This document shows positions 52,815 to 63,235 of a stretch of DNA of 63,446 nt, piece after piece. How positions within the stretch are numbered: the stretch's first letter is position 1; every line of letters starts with the position of its first letter. A program made the position numbers and the translations under genes. Location of the stretch: the NCBI GenBank assembly GCA_002359655.1, contig DENL01000021.1, positions 1 to 63,446 of the forward strand. The letters run 5' to 3'. This DNA comes from Rickettsiales bacterium UBA2645. Lineage in GTDB: Bacteria > Pseudomonadota > Alphaproteobacteria > Rickettsiales > UBA1997. The notes under the pieces are model-generated. The model saw nothing but the letters and a program-made list of their open reading frames with translations, did not search any database and had not been told where the DNA came from.

Positions 52815-53831
52815 ATGACCAAACTCACCATATCAATTGCTGGAACTGGAATATATTTACCAGAAAAAATTATAACTTCTGAAGCTTTAGACCAAAAACT
52901 TGGTAAAGAATCAGGATGGGTTAGGAACAAATCTGGTCTAATAAAAAGACATTTTGCTTCAGACCATGAAACAACTTCTTTTATGGCGATGAAAGCAGCT
53001 ATTCAAGCTGTTGAGAATTCTGGCATTAAAATGAGTGATATTGATTGTATTATTAGTGCATCTGGAGGAATGGAACAGGCAATTCCAAGCACTTCTTCTA
53101 TAATTAGCAGAACTTTAGGATTAGAAAAATCCGGGATTACCACCTTTGATGTTAACAGTACCTGTTTGAGCTTTTTGTCAGCTTTGGATATAGCTTCATG
53201 CATGATTAAAGCTGGAAGGTTTAATCATGTTTTAATTGTTTCGAGCGAAATTCCATCACTTAGCATGAATTGGCGAGATATGGAAAGCTGTACTATTTTT
53301 GGAGATGGATCGGCTGCAGCAGTGGTTACAAATATTTCAGAAAAATCTAAAAATAATATTAAGGTCTTATCATCACATTTTGCAACTTATAGTGACGGAA
53401 TTGAACACTGTCAAATCAGCTCTGGTGGCACTAAGTTACATCCCAACAAAGGAGGAGATGACTATGCTAAATATGCCTTTTTTGAAATGAATGGAAAAGC
53501 AACTTATAAATTTACTGCAGAATTACTTCCAAAATTTCTAAAAAATTTATTCGATAAAGCTGGTCTAAAAATTTCTGACATTGATTTATTTATACCTCAT
53601 CAAGCAAGCAAATTAGCTATTCGCTACCTTCAGGATAGAATAAAAATTCCAGAAAAAAAGTTAATCAATATTTTTCCAGAAAATGGAAACCAAGTTGCAG
53701 CTTCAATCCCAAGTGCTTTGCATCACGCTTTTATAAACAATAAGATAAAAAACGGTGACAGAATTTTGCTTTTAGGCACCAGTGCCGGAATTTCTGTTGG
53801 TGGCATGTTGTTACAATATCAAACTGAATAG
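52815..53831 (+). CDS. FabH-like 3-oxoacyl-ACP synthase III
   Basis: DVNSTCLSF (Cys), FGDG, PHQAS (His), GNQVAAS (Asn). Confidence 0.88.
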   Translation: MTKLTISIAGTGIYLPEKIITSEALDQKLGKESGWVRNKSGLIKRHFASDHETTSFMAMKAAIQAVENSGIKMSDIDCIISASGGMEQAIPSTSSIISRTLGLEKSGITTFDVNSTCLSFLSALDIASCMIKAGRFNHVLIVSSEIPSLSMNWRDMESCTIFGDGSAAAVVTNISEKSKNNIKVLSSHFATYSDGIEHCQISSGGTKLHPNKGGDDYAKYAFFEMNGKATYKFTAELLPKFLKNLFDKAGLKISDIDLFIPHQASKLAIRYLQDRIKIPEKKLINIFPENGNQVAASIPSALHHAFINNKIKNGDRILLLGTSAGISVGGMLLQYQTE

Positions 53832-53835
53832 AGCC

Positions 53836-54675
53836 ATGATTCTTGATTATAAACTAATTGCCGTTGGACACTGTAAACATCCAGAATTTATAACGATTAA
53901 AGGCGGAAAATGGTGTGCAAAAAAATATCCAGCTTTATGTGCCTTAATCAAACACCAAAGCTATGGTTATATTTTGTATGATACCGGCTACTCTGAAAGA
54001 TTCTTTGATGAAACTAGAAAATGGCCATTTTCGCTATACAAAAGATTCACTCCTGTAACCATTGAAAAAGAAGATCAAATAGAATCGCAACTCACCAAAC
54101 TTGGTATCTCAAAAGATGAGATATCTTTAATTATTTTATCTCATTTTCACGCCGATCACATTGGCAGCGTTAAAGATTTTTCGAATGCTAAAATCATCTG
54201 CAGCAAAAATGCTTTCGATGCAGTAAAAAATAAAAAAGGGTTTTTGGCTTTACAGAAAGGCTATTTAAAAAATTTACTACCCAACAACTTCCTTAACAGG
54301 GCTGAATTTATTGAAGATAAGACCTCAATTAGTCTTGATGAAAAATTGCACCCTTTCACTTCGGGATATGATTTACTTGGTGATAGAAGTTTAATTGCAA
54401 TTGAACTTCCAGGACACGCAATTGGACAAATGGGAATATCTTTCCAGCAGCAACCACAAGATATTTTTCTGATCGCTGATAGCTGCTGGTCAAGCGAAGC
54501 TTACAAGAAATTAAAATTACCACACCTTATAACTTATCTGATTCACGCTAACAAACATGCCTATCAAACAACTTTAAAAAAGCTGCATCTGCTTTATAAG
54601 AACAATCAAAATATCAAAATTATCCCGTCGCATTGCGATGAAATTTGGCAAGAAGTTATGAGGGATGAAAAATGA
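53836..54675 (+). CDS. Metallo-beta-lactamase-fold hydrolase
   Basis: LYDTGY, SHFHADHIG, LPGHA, IADSCW, PSHC; ATG at 53836. Confidence 0.88.
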   Translation: MILDYKLIAVGHCKHPEFITIKGGKWCAKKYPALCALIKHQSYGYILYDTGYSERFFDETRKWPFSLYKRFTPVTIEKEDQIESQLTKLGISKDEISLIILSHFHADHIGSVKDFSNAKIICSKNAFDAVKNKKGFLALQKGYLKNLLPNNFLNRAEFIEDKTSISLDEKLHPFTSGYDLLGDRSLIAIELPGHAIGQMGISFQQQPQDIFLIADSCWSSEAYKKLKLPHLITYLIHANKHAYQTTLKKLHLLYKNNQNIKIIPSHCDEIWQEVMRDEK

Positions 54676-55976
54676 AAGACATCACAACAATATTGTATCA
54701 TTTCTTTAACACCAAAAGACTCGAAAAAAACTTCAAAACAAAAGAAGAGTTGCAAATTTGGCAACAAAGAAAAATTGATTCTCTGATTAAGAAAACTCTA
54801 TCAAAATCACCATTTTATCAAAAATATCTCAACCTTCCTTTTAGTGAATTTCCAATCATTAATAAAAAAATAATGATGGAAAATTTTACTTACATCAACA
54901 CGGCGAAAATCAATAAGGAAGAGGCTTTAAAAACAGCCTTTGCAGCAGAAGAAAGTCGTGATTTTTCTCCGATGATTGGTGATATTAGCGTTGGATTATC
55001 TTCGGGAACTTCGGGCAGTCGTGGCATCTTTATGGCAAATAGCTCCGAACGTCTCAAATGGGCAGGAATTATGTTGGCGAAAGCTTTGCCAAATGGGATT
55101 TTTTCCTCTTGCAAAGTGGCTTTTTTTCTGCGTGCTAATAATCGCCTCTACACTTCAGTTAGAAAAAGTCGTAACATAGATTTTAATTTCTTTGATTTGA
55201 CCAAGCCATTTTTGCAGCATTTGGATAGTTTGCAGAAATATCAGCCAAATCTTCTAATCGCGCCAGCAAGTGTTTTGCTTCAACTGGCAAGAGCGCAAGA
55301 ACAAGGCAAAATCAATATTTCTCCGATTAAAATATTTTCCGCTGCCGAAGTACTCGATGCTTTTGACCGCGAATATATCGAAAGAATTTTTCAACAGCGC
55401 TTGAACGAAATTTATCAATGCACAGAAGGATTTTTAGCTATTACCGATAAATCCCAAAGACTGCGCCTTAACGAAGAATACCTTTATATTGAGAAAGAGT
55501 GGATAGACAAAAAATCGGGACGATTTGTTCCAATTATTACTGATTTTAGCAGAACTACTCAGCCAATTGTTAGATACCGTTTAGACGATGTGTTAATTGA
55601 AGATTTCTGCGATGAACCATTTACCTATCTAAAGGAAATTGAAGGTCGCTGTGATGACATATGTTTTCTTAAATCAAAAAAAGACCATCAATCAATTCCA
55701 ATTTTTTCCGAAATTTTGCGTAACGCCTTTGTTACAAACAAATCTGATTTTAGCGAATATAAAATAATTCAACATTCAGCGGGTAAATTTGAAATTATGC
55801 TAGAACCAATCTCGGATATGATTTTGCAAAAAAATATCCGAGAATCATTTGCAAGAATGTGTGAAAGGCAATTTTGTAAAGTTCCAGAGCTGCAATTTAC
55901 GAAATATCAATTTTTAGATTCTAACCAAAAACTAAAACGCATCGAAAACCGATGCAAAATTTCAGAAAATTTATGA
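54672..55976 (+). CDS. F390 synthetase-related adenylate-forming enzyme
   Basis: GLSSGTSG, AFFLRANN, IYQCTEGFL, RTTQPIVRYRLDD, IEGRCDD. Confidence 0.85.
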   Translation: MKDITTILYHFFNTKRLEKNFKTKEELQIWQQRKIDSLIKKTLSKSPFYQKYLNLPFSEFPIINKKIMMENFTYINTAKINKEEALKTAFAAEESRDFSPMIGDISVGLSSGTSGSRGIFMANSSERLKWAGIMLAKALPNGIFSSCKVAFFLRANNRLYTSVRKSRNIDFNFFDLTKPFLQHLDSLQKYQPNLLIAPASVLLQLARAQEQGKINISPIKIFSAAEVLDAFDREYIERIFQQRLNEIYQCTEGFLAITDKSQRLRLNEEYLYIEKEWIDKKSGRFVPIITDFSRTTQPIVRYRLDDVLIEDFCDEPFTYLKEIEGRCDDICFLKSKKDHQSIPIFSEILRNAFVTNKSDFSEYKIIQHSAGKFEIMLEPISDMILQKNIRESFARMCERQFCKVPELQFTKYQFLDSNQKLKRIENRCKISENL

Positions 55977-56950
55977 GTAAAAGAATTTTGATTACCGGAA
56001 CCAGTGGATTTCTTGGAGGAGCTTTGGGACAGCATTTAAGAAGCTGCGGTCATCATATTACTGGAATAAGCCGCAGAAAATCACGAGAAGGATCAGTTGA
56101 TTTGCATGTGACTCACGATTTGGCAAATCCTTTACCGGGCAATCTTGGTAAATTTGACGTATTATTTCATGCCGCAGCTTTGGCATCTCCATGGGCAAGC
56201 CCAAAAGCTTTTCGTCTTAATATTGAGCAAGCAAGTTGGAATATAGTTGATTATGTAAGAAAAAATAAAATACCGCGTTTGATTAACATTTCGTCAACTT
56301 CGGTACACTACATAATGGGTGATCAATATGATATTTCAGAAGCAACTCCGCTTCCCAAAAAAGCGATAAACCAATATGCAGAATCAAAATTGGCAGCAGA
56401 GAATTTAGTACTTAAAAATGTTACCGATTCTTTAAGTGTAAGACCCAGAGCAATTTATGGACCTGGAGATACTGTTTTACTTCCTCGCTTACTACGTGCG
56501 GCAAGAAACGGTATGTTACCACAAATTATCAGAAGCGACGGACTTTCACCGCGTAGCGATCTGATTTATATCGGCAATTTGGTTAACATTCTTGAAGCTG
56601 CAATTGATAAAAACCTTAGTGGTGTGATTAACGTTACTGATAATAATACTGTGAATATAGACGAGCTTTTATCAGATATTTTTAAAAGGCTTAATTATCC
56701 AAAACCTATATTCAATTTGAGTGTAAATACCGCAATGCAAGTTGCAAAAACTGCAGAATTTTTATCAAAAACATTGGCGGGCTGGAAAGAGCCACCAATT
56801 ACTCAATTTGGAGTTTCGGCACTGGTTCATAGCAAAACTTTCAATGTTGAAAAAATGCTTAATGTTCTTGGTATGCCTAAATACACAACAGAAGAAGGTG
56901 TAAACGCTTTCATTAAGTGGTATAAAAACGATAATAAAATTGGTGGCTAG
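55973..56950 (+). CDS. NAD-dependent epimerase/3beta-HSD-like reductase
   Basis: ITGTSGFLG, HAAALASPW, YAESK, RPRAIYGPGD; ATGA overlap with the upstream stop. Confidence 0.88.
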   Translation: MSKRILITGTSGFLGGALGQHLRSCGHHITGISRRKSREGSVDLHVTHDLANPLPGNLGKFDVLFHAAALASPWASPKAFRLNIEQASWNIVDYVRKNKIPRLINISSTSVHYIMGDQYDISEATPLPKKAINQYAESKLAAENLVLKNVTDSLSVRPRAIYGPGDTVLLPRLLRAARNGMLPQIIRSDGLSPRSDLIYIGNLVNILEAAIDKNLSGVINVTDNNTVNIDELLSDIFKRLNYPKPIFNLSVNTAMQVAKTAEFLSKTLAGWKEPPITQFGVSALVHSKTFNVEKMLNVLGMPKYTTEEGVNAFIKWYKNDNKIGG

Positions 56951-56951
56951 T

Positions 56952-58103
56952 ATGTTTGCTTTCTTTGTGATTTTGATTTTTGTCTATGTTCTTCTATCGC
57001 TTTTTCGTGTTCTTATCGCTTTTTTAGAAATACGAAAACAACAGAAGTTTATTTCTACTTTACCGACAATATCTGAAAAAAATGTTACGGTTTTACAGCC
57101 AATTCTTGGTGGGGATCCTGCTTTATCTTATTGTCTTGAGACTAATTTAAAAAATGCTCCGTTGGCTCAGTTTATATGGCTTCTTGATGAAAATGATGAA
57201 GAAGGAATCAATGCTGCAAAGCAGGCAATTCTTTCTAGCGGAGCAACAAATGTTGAATTACAAATCAACCCACTTCCTCCAAAAAATCTCAATCCAAAAA
57301 TGTGGAAACTGGCTTTGGGAATCAAAAATATAAAAACGAAATTCTTAGCATTTCTTGATGATGATACAATGTTACCAAAAGGGAGTTTAAGCAAATGTAT
57401 AGCAATTGCGGATCGTGGAAACTTGGTGACAGGATTGCCACTATATTCTTCGCATAAAAATATTTTATCGCGCTTGGTTAGCGGTTTTGTTAATTATAGC
57501 TCAATAATTACTTATTTGCCAACCAGCTATTTTAAGATGTCTAACACCATAAACGGCATGTTTTCAGTCATGCGTGTTAGTGATATAAAATTGAATGATT
57601 TTGAATCTATTATGTCGGGAGCTACTGATGATTATGCTTTGGCTAAAATTTTTAAAAACAAAGGATTGGGAATTGCTCAAACAATTGTTACGCATCCAAT
57701 CATTACGACGATTTCATCCTTTCACCATTACAACAGTTTGATGAAAAGATGGATGGTCTTTGCCAGAATTTATCTTCGTGAAAATCTAAACTTATCTTTG
57801 TCATTGTTGATAATTGTTCCATCAATCTTGCCGCTCTTATTGATTATAACTGCAGCTGTAATTGATCCGCTATTTTTTATTCCAGTAACTTTTTTTGTTA
57901 TGCTGATAAAAGCTATGACTCTAAAAATGTTGCGCTCAAAACTTGGATTTCAAACTAAGAAAACAGATATGTTCTTTGAGGTTATCGCTGAGATTATTTC
58001 GCCATTTTATTTCTTATTGGCCTCAATTCATCATGATAAAATCATATGGAGAAAGAATAATTTTAGTTTAAGTCAATCAGGAAAAATCAAAAATGATCTG
58101 TAA
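56952..58103 (+). CDS. GT2/GT21 (ceramide glucosyltransferase-like) membrane glycosyltransferase
   Basis: LQPILGGD, NPK, LDDD, NGM, TDD, RW; N- and C-terminal TM segments. Confidence 0.75.
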   Translation: MFAFFVILIFVYVLLSLFRVLIAFLEIRKQQKFISTLPTISEKNVTVLQPILGGDPALSYCLETNLKNAPLAQFIWLLDENDEEGINAAKQAILSSGATNVELQINPLPPKNLNPKMWKLALGIKNIKTKFLAFLDDDTMLPKGSLSKCIAIADRGNLVTGLPLYSSHKNILSRLVSGFVNYSSIITYLPTSYFKMSNTINGMFSVMRVSDIKLNDFESIMSGATDDYALAKIFKNKGLGIAQTIVTHPIITTISSFHHYNSLMKRWMVFARIYLRENLNLSLSLLIIVPSILPLLLIITAAVIDPLFFIPVTFFVMLIKAMTLKMLRSKLGFQTKKTDMFFEVIAEIISPFYFLLASIHHDKIIWRKNNFSLSQSGKIKNDL

Positions 58104-59367
58104 AATAATTCCTGATAAAAAACATTTATTAAGCTTTAGCAAAGCAACTTTAGTAAATTTTTTAATCTTTTTTGCAGTTTATCCCACACTCAATTCTTAT
58201 TCCGATGGAAGAGAATTAAACAGAATGTATTTCACTTGGGAGATTTCAATACCTCTAATTGATTGGATGATATTACCTTATCTGTCGATGAATTTATTTT
58301 TCTTGGTTCCGTTGTTTTTTATTAGAACTAAGAAAATTTCCCAATTGTCAATGGCCTGCATAATTTCAACAATTAGTGCTGGTTTAATATTTTATTTTTA
58401 TCCATGTCAGCTGGGATTTATTCGTGAAGTACCGCAAAATTTTTCTATTCTTTATCGAGGTTTGTTTGCGGTAGATAGGCCATTCAATTTATTTCCTTCG
58501 CTACACATTACTTATCCAATTTTATTTGTTATTTTCTGTCGCAAAAATTTTGGAATTATCTCAAGAGTGTTAGTTTTTCTTTGGCTAATTTTGGTGACGA
58601 TGTCGATAGTTCTAACTCATCAACATCAAGTCTTAGATGTCGTGGCTGGAATTTTACTGGCTTTAGTTTCTTACAAAATTAGTAAAAAACTTTTCCAGAT
58701 TTCAGAAGAAATAAGCGGATCAGAATATATCAAAAAAATCTTATCTCTTTCATTGGAAGGATCAGAATTAAAAGAATGTGATTACCGATTAGTAATGCTT
58801 ACTGGACAATCTTCTTTTGTCAGTAGTGTTTTGGATGATAATAAGCGGGTCTTTTTGCAGAAAATTGCGGCCAATAATGAAAATTTTAACACTTCTTTTG
58901 GCGGCTTTCCATGGAACTATGAATTTAATACTCGGAAGAAAAAAGCATCCTTCGCAATGTCCTGCGTGAGAAATGCTATGCAATATTTATGGTTAAAAAA
59001 TAATACCAAATATCAAGAAGGTGTGAGACGAATAATCCATCATGCAATTCAAATCACAAATCAACAATTAGTGTTTATAACTGGTAGCTGCGGTATACAG
59101 CATATTCTTTGCGCTTTGAAAAAATACCAAAAAACAAATTTTTGTTATATCAAAATTATTGCTCTTGGTCCAGTCGGCGAAAATATAATGATCAATCTGG
59201 ATTTATATGACCTACACATTGTCCAAGGAAAGCGAGATTTTTGGAGCAAAATCTTATGGAATGGCAAAAAAGCAAATTATCGTCCTGATTGTGGACATTT
59301 GGAATATTATGAATGTCCAGAAGTTTTCACACTAGTTGATAAGCTTATAAAACAAACACAAAACTAA
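58093..59367 (+). CDS. PAP2-superfamily membrane phosphoesterase/phosphotransferase fused to a putative alpha/beta-hydrolase-like domain
   Basis: N-half WE..IP, FPSLH, HQHQVLD; C-half TGQS, GSCG, ALGP, QG..D, GHLEY. Confidence 0.62.
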   Translation: MICKIIPDKKHLLSFSKATLVNFLIFFAVYPTLNSYSDGRELNRMYFTWEISIPLIDWMILPYLSMNLFFLVPLFFIRTKKISQLSMACIISTISAGLIFYFYPCQLGFIREVPQNFSILYRGLFAVDRPFNLFPSLHITYPILFVIFCRKNFGIISRVLVFLWLILVTMSIVLTHQHQVLDVVAGILLALVSYKISKKLFQISEEISGSEYIKKILSLSLEGSELKECDYRLVMLTGQSSFVSSVLDDNKRVFLQKIAANNENFNTSFGGFPWNYEFNTRKKKASFAMSCVRNAMQYLWLKNNTKYQEGVRRIIHHAIQITNQQLVFITGSCGIQHILCALKKYQKTNFCYIKIIALGPVGENIMINLDLYDLHIVQGKRDFWSKILWNGKKANYRPDCGHLEYYECPEVFTLVDKLIKQTQN

Positions 59368-59378
59368 CACTACAAACC

Positions 59379-60602
59379 ATGATAAAAAGAATAACTTTTT
59401 TCACATTTACAATTTTACTCTGCTGCAATTTTGCCAATTTAGGCGGTGACTTTGCTGGCAATCCTGAAGAGATGGAAAAAAATATCAGCGATGGTGCAAA
59501 GAGGCTGATCAAGAATGCTTACGCAGATGTTGATCCACAAAATCTGCACGATCATCACGTTCATCTTGTTGGGCTTGATAAGAAAGTTGGTACCGCAGTA
59601 AATCCGAAAATGCTTTCTTGGCTTCATCCACTTCACAGAATCAAAACTCAAATTTATTTAAGCGCCGCTGGGGTTGATGATATAAAAAATGCTAACGCTG
59701 AATATATTGATCGCTTGGCTAGACTGATTAAGAGCAACAAAAATCACGGCAAATTTCATATGCTGGCTTTTGATCATCACTACAATTCCAGTGGAATGAT
59801 TAACAATGCCAAAAGCGAATTTTATGTTTCTAATGACTACATGTTTCAAGTTTATGAAAAATATCCCGATCTTTTTATTCCTGTAATTTCTGTTCATCCT
59901 TATCGCAAAGATGCAGTTCAAGAATTAGAAAAATGGGCAAAAAAAGGTGTTAGGTGGATTAAGTGGTTACCAAACGCCCAAGGCATCAATGCTTCAGATC
60001 CACTAATTGATGAATACTATAAAATGATGAAAAAGCATGACATGATTTTGCTAACTCATGTTGGAGAAGAACAAGCAGTTGAGGCCGAAGAGGATCAAAA
60101 GTTAGGAAATCCTTTATTATTTAGACGACCACTTGATATGGGAGTGAAAGTTGTGATGGCACATTGCGCTAGTCTTGGCAGTGATGAAGATTTAGATAAT
60201 GGAAATAAAAAAGTTCCAAGTTTTGAACTCTTCATGCGCCTGATGAATGAGAAAAAATATGACGGTCTGCTTTATGGAGAAATCTCGGCAACAACACAAT
60301 TCAATCGCTTGCCAACTCCAATTCTCACTCTTTTAGAAAATCCCAATTTACACGAAAGATTAGTCAATGGCAGCGATTATCCTCTTCCCGCAATTAACGT
60401 CATTATTCAAACAAAATCCTTGGTAAAATATGGCATGATCACCAAACAAGAAAGACAGTATTTGAATGAGATTTATCAATATAACCCGCTGCTTTTTGAC
60501 TATGTTTTGAAGCGTACAATTCGTCACCCAAAAACCGGAGCTAAGTTTGATTCAGTAGTTTTTGAGGAAATCAATAAAAGTCAAAAATCTAACCGTCCGT
60601 AG
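59379..60602 (+). CDS. Exported amidohydrolase-family metallohydrolase
   Basis: Signal peptide, DHHVH, SVHPY, THVG, MAH, NGSDYP. Confidence 0.85.
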   Translation: MIKRITFFTFTILLCCNFANLGGDFAGNPEEMEKNISDGAKRLIKNAYADVDPQNLHDHHVHLVGLDKKVGTAVNPKMLSWLHPLHRIKTQIYLSAAGVDDIKNANAEYIDRLARLIKSNKNHGKFHMLAFDHHYNSSGMINNAKSEFYVSNDYMFQVYEKYPDLFIPVISVHPYRKDAVQELEKWAKKGVRWIKWLPNAQGINASDPLIDEYYKMMKKHDMILLTHVGEEQAVEAEEDQKLGNPLLFRRPLDMGVKVVMAHCASLGSDEDLDNGNKKVPSFELFMRLMNEKKYDGLLYGEISATTQFNRLPTPILTLLENPNLHERLVNGSDYPLPAINVIIQTKSLVKYGMITKQERQYLNEIYQYNPLLFDYVLKRTIRHPKTGAKFDSVVFEEINKSQKSNRP

Positions 60603-60697
60603 TTAATTTCCACTCAGAATAGAAATTCTTTTCTTAAATCAATCTGGGATTAGTAGAGTATTTTTTCAATGCAGAGATATTAAATCCACAGTCAAAA

Positions 60698-61332
60698 TTG
60701 ACTGTGATCACCACACAAAATCCACCAAACCCAAAACTCACACCACACTCATACTTATCAGTTTACAAAATCTTGATAAGGTTAGATTTTTTTTGTATTA
60801 TTTCTGGTTTTGTAGCCTTTATTTTCCTTTTATTAGTCTTGTTCGCTGAAAACAAAACGCAGCCCCATTTCGAATTATTTTTGGCAACTATTTTTTCTGT
60901 AACCTTTTATTTTTCGGTCAAAAAGTATCGCACTATTATCCAGAATAAAAAGTTAGAAACGGTACAAAAAACTCAATCAGAAAAATTGTCCATTGATTTT
61001 GTTTTAGAAAACAAAATTGCTATTTCACCTCTTTCCAAAAGACAAAGATATGGGTTAAATGTAATCAAAGCTCTTTTGGCCTTGATTGGCTTTTCATCAG
61101 GCATCCTTTGTTTTTCAATAGTAATCTTAGAGCTATAGGTTATTTACAAGATGGTCATGGTAGTGTGTTAAGAGTAAGCTTTTTTATAGTAACACTACTT
61201 TTACTTCCAATATCTTGCTTTACTGCAATTAATTACATCACCGAAAAGGACTCTTTAAAACCATTAGCTCTAATACTTTTGCCAATTGTATTTTATGCTA
61301 TTCAATCCTTTCTTGAGTCAACAAACTTCTGA
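60698..61332 (+). pseudogene. Hypothetical membrane protein, apparently frameshifted into two overlapping ORFs
   Basis: Two hydrophobic ORFs (60698-61138 and 61108-61332) overlap by about 30 bp with non-ATG starts. Confidence 0.4.
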
Positions 61333-61449
61333 AAAAATTTCACACAGCAGCCATTTTTTTCTGGACATAAAGCAAATATGTTAAAATTTAGCCAATATAG
61401 CTGATTGATCTCTGCTATTAAAACTCCCTTCAACCAACCAAAAATTACC

Positions 61450-62820
61450 ATGGAAAACATCATATATCTTTTTGTTGCATTAATAGTAATTGCTGCATTT
61501 GTAATCCCTTACTTCTTACGTAAAGTTGTCCCAACTAACGAAGTTCACATCATACAATCTTCAAAAACTACCGTGTCTTACGGCAAAGACATGACCAACG
61601 GAAACACTTACTATGAATGGCCAAATTGGGTTCCGCTTATTGGCGTATGTAAAACCATTTTACCAGTTAGCGTTTTTGACCTCGACTTAAGTTCTTACGA
61701 AGCTTACGACAAAGGCAGATTGCCGTTTGTAATAGATGTTAAAGCATTCTTTCGTATTGTTGACAGCAACGTTGCTGCTCAAAGAGTTGCTTCTTTTGAA
61801 GAGCTACAAAACCAACTTAAAGCAGTTGTACAAGGTGCTGTGAGAACTATTCTTGCCAGCAGCGAGATTGAAGAAATTATGCAAGGCCGATCTAAATTTG
61901 GCGAAGACTTCACCAAAGAAGTAAGCGCCCAGCTAAATAATTGGGGCGTTGCTACGGTTAAAAATATTGAGATGATGGATATTCGCGATCATCAAGACAG
62001 CTTGGTAATTAAGAACATCATGGACAAAAAGAAATCTCACATCGAGATGGAATCACGCATGGAAGTGGCTAAAAACCAGCGCTCGGCACAGATCGCCGAA
62101 ATTGAAGCAAAAAAAGAAACTGAGCTCAGAAAACAACAAGCCGATCAGGAAGTTGGACAAAGCAAAGCTTTAACTTCAAAAGAAATTGGTATTACCGAGC
62201 AAATTTCTTTCCAAGAAATAAAAGAACAAGAGCGCATCACCAAAGAAAAAGAAATGAATATACTTCGCGTTCAAGAAGTAAAACAAGCCGAAATCGAGAG
62301 AGAAAAACAAGTGGTATTGGCCGAACAACAAAAACAAACCAACGTAATTCTTGCCGAAGGTCAAAAGCAAAAAAATATCGTTGAAGCTGAAGGTGTAAAA
62401 CAACAAACCATCTTAAAAGCCGAAGCAAATCTTGAGTCTCAGAAGCTGGGCTCTCAAGGTATTGAGGCTGAAGGTAAAGCCAAAGCCGAAGCAGAAAAAT
62501 TAATGCAACTGGCTCCAATTCAAGCTCAAATCACCTTAGCAAAAGAAATTGGCGAAAATCAAAACTACCAAAATTATTTGGTTACCATTCGAAAAGTTGA
62601 AGCTGAGCAAGCAATTGGAATTGAACAAGCCAAAGCTTTAAAAGACGCCGATCTCAAAATTATCGCTAATGGCGGCGATGTTGTAAGCGGCATTAACAAA
62701 GTGACTGACATTTTTTCTTCAAAAGGAGGAACTAGCTTAGGATCAATGTTAGAAGGCTTTGTACAAAGTGAACAAGGCAAAGCTTTGTTGGAGAAAGTTC
62801 TAAGCAAAAAAGACGGCTAA
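61450..62820 (+). CDS. SPFH/flotillin family protein
   Basis: N-terminal TM, RKVVPTNEVHI, AFFRI, GAVRTIL, coiled-coil with AEA/EAE repeats; ATG at 61450. Confidence 0.88.
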   Translation: MENIIYLFVALIVIAAFVIPYFLRKVVPTNEVHIIQSSKTTVSYGKDMTNGNTYYEWPNWVPLIGVCKTILPVSVFDLDLSSYEAYDKGRLPFVIDVKAFFRIVDSNVAAQRVASFEELQNQLKAVVQGAVRTILASSEIEEIMQGRSKFGEDFTKEVSAQLNNWGVATVKNIEMMDIRDHQDSLVIKNIMDKKKSHIEMESRMEVAKNQRSAQIAEIEAKKETELRKQQADQEVGQSKALTSKEIGITEQISFQEIKEQERITKEKEMNILRVQEVKQAEIEREKQVVLAEQQKQTNVILAEGQKQKNIVEAEGVKQQTILKAEANLESQKLGSQGIEAEGKAKAEAEKLMQLAPIQAQITLAKEIGENQNYQNYLVTIRKVEAEQAIGIEQAKALKDADLKIIANGGDVVSGINKVTDIFSSKGGTSLGSMLEGFVQSEQGKALLEKVLSKKDG

Positions 62821-62920
62821 CAACCATTTTGCGATTTATCTAATCAAGTTCTGCCCTACCATATTTTATCTATTCTTGGTTTGGCAGAACCAAAACTTCC
62901 ACACTTAACATTACTTCACT

Positions 62921-63235
62921 ATGTCAAAGAAACATATCTTCTTAAAAAGACTAGCATCTGGAACCATTGATTTTCTTGTTGCCTAATGCATTTCATCAAT
63001 ATTCTTATACTTAGCTTCAAGTGGAGCTGCCGGAACCATAATAGCGGTTTACACGACGATGATTTATCGCTACCACAGCACTTTTGGTGGCATAATTCTG
63101 AACTTAAAAATCTCTTCTCTTAATAACAAAGAAATCAGATGCGGATTATCTTTATTAAGAGCTACTTTGATGTATGCACTCCCAGAAATTCTTAGGGCAA
63201 TGCCCCCCAAATTTAAGACACTTTATACCTTCTAA
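62921..63235 (+). pseudogene. RDD-family membrane protein remnant (internal TAA at 62984, 3' end cut by the IS)
   Basis: MSKKHIFLKRLASGTIDFLVA*...STFGGIILNLKISSLNNKEIRCGLSLLRA matches the RDD pattern. Confidence 0.65.

Noticed and set aside
62814-62890. Possible integron attC site (gttctgcc...ggcagaac inverted repeat after the flotillin gene)
   Set aside because: Lacks properly placed RYYYAAC/GTTRRRY boxes, with no repeated attC or integrase in the window; more likely a terminator-like hairpin
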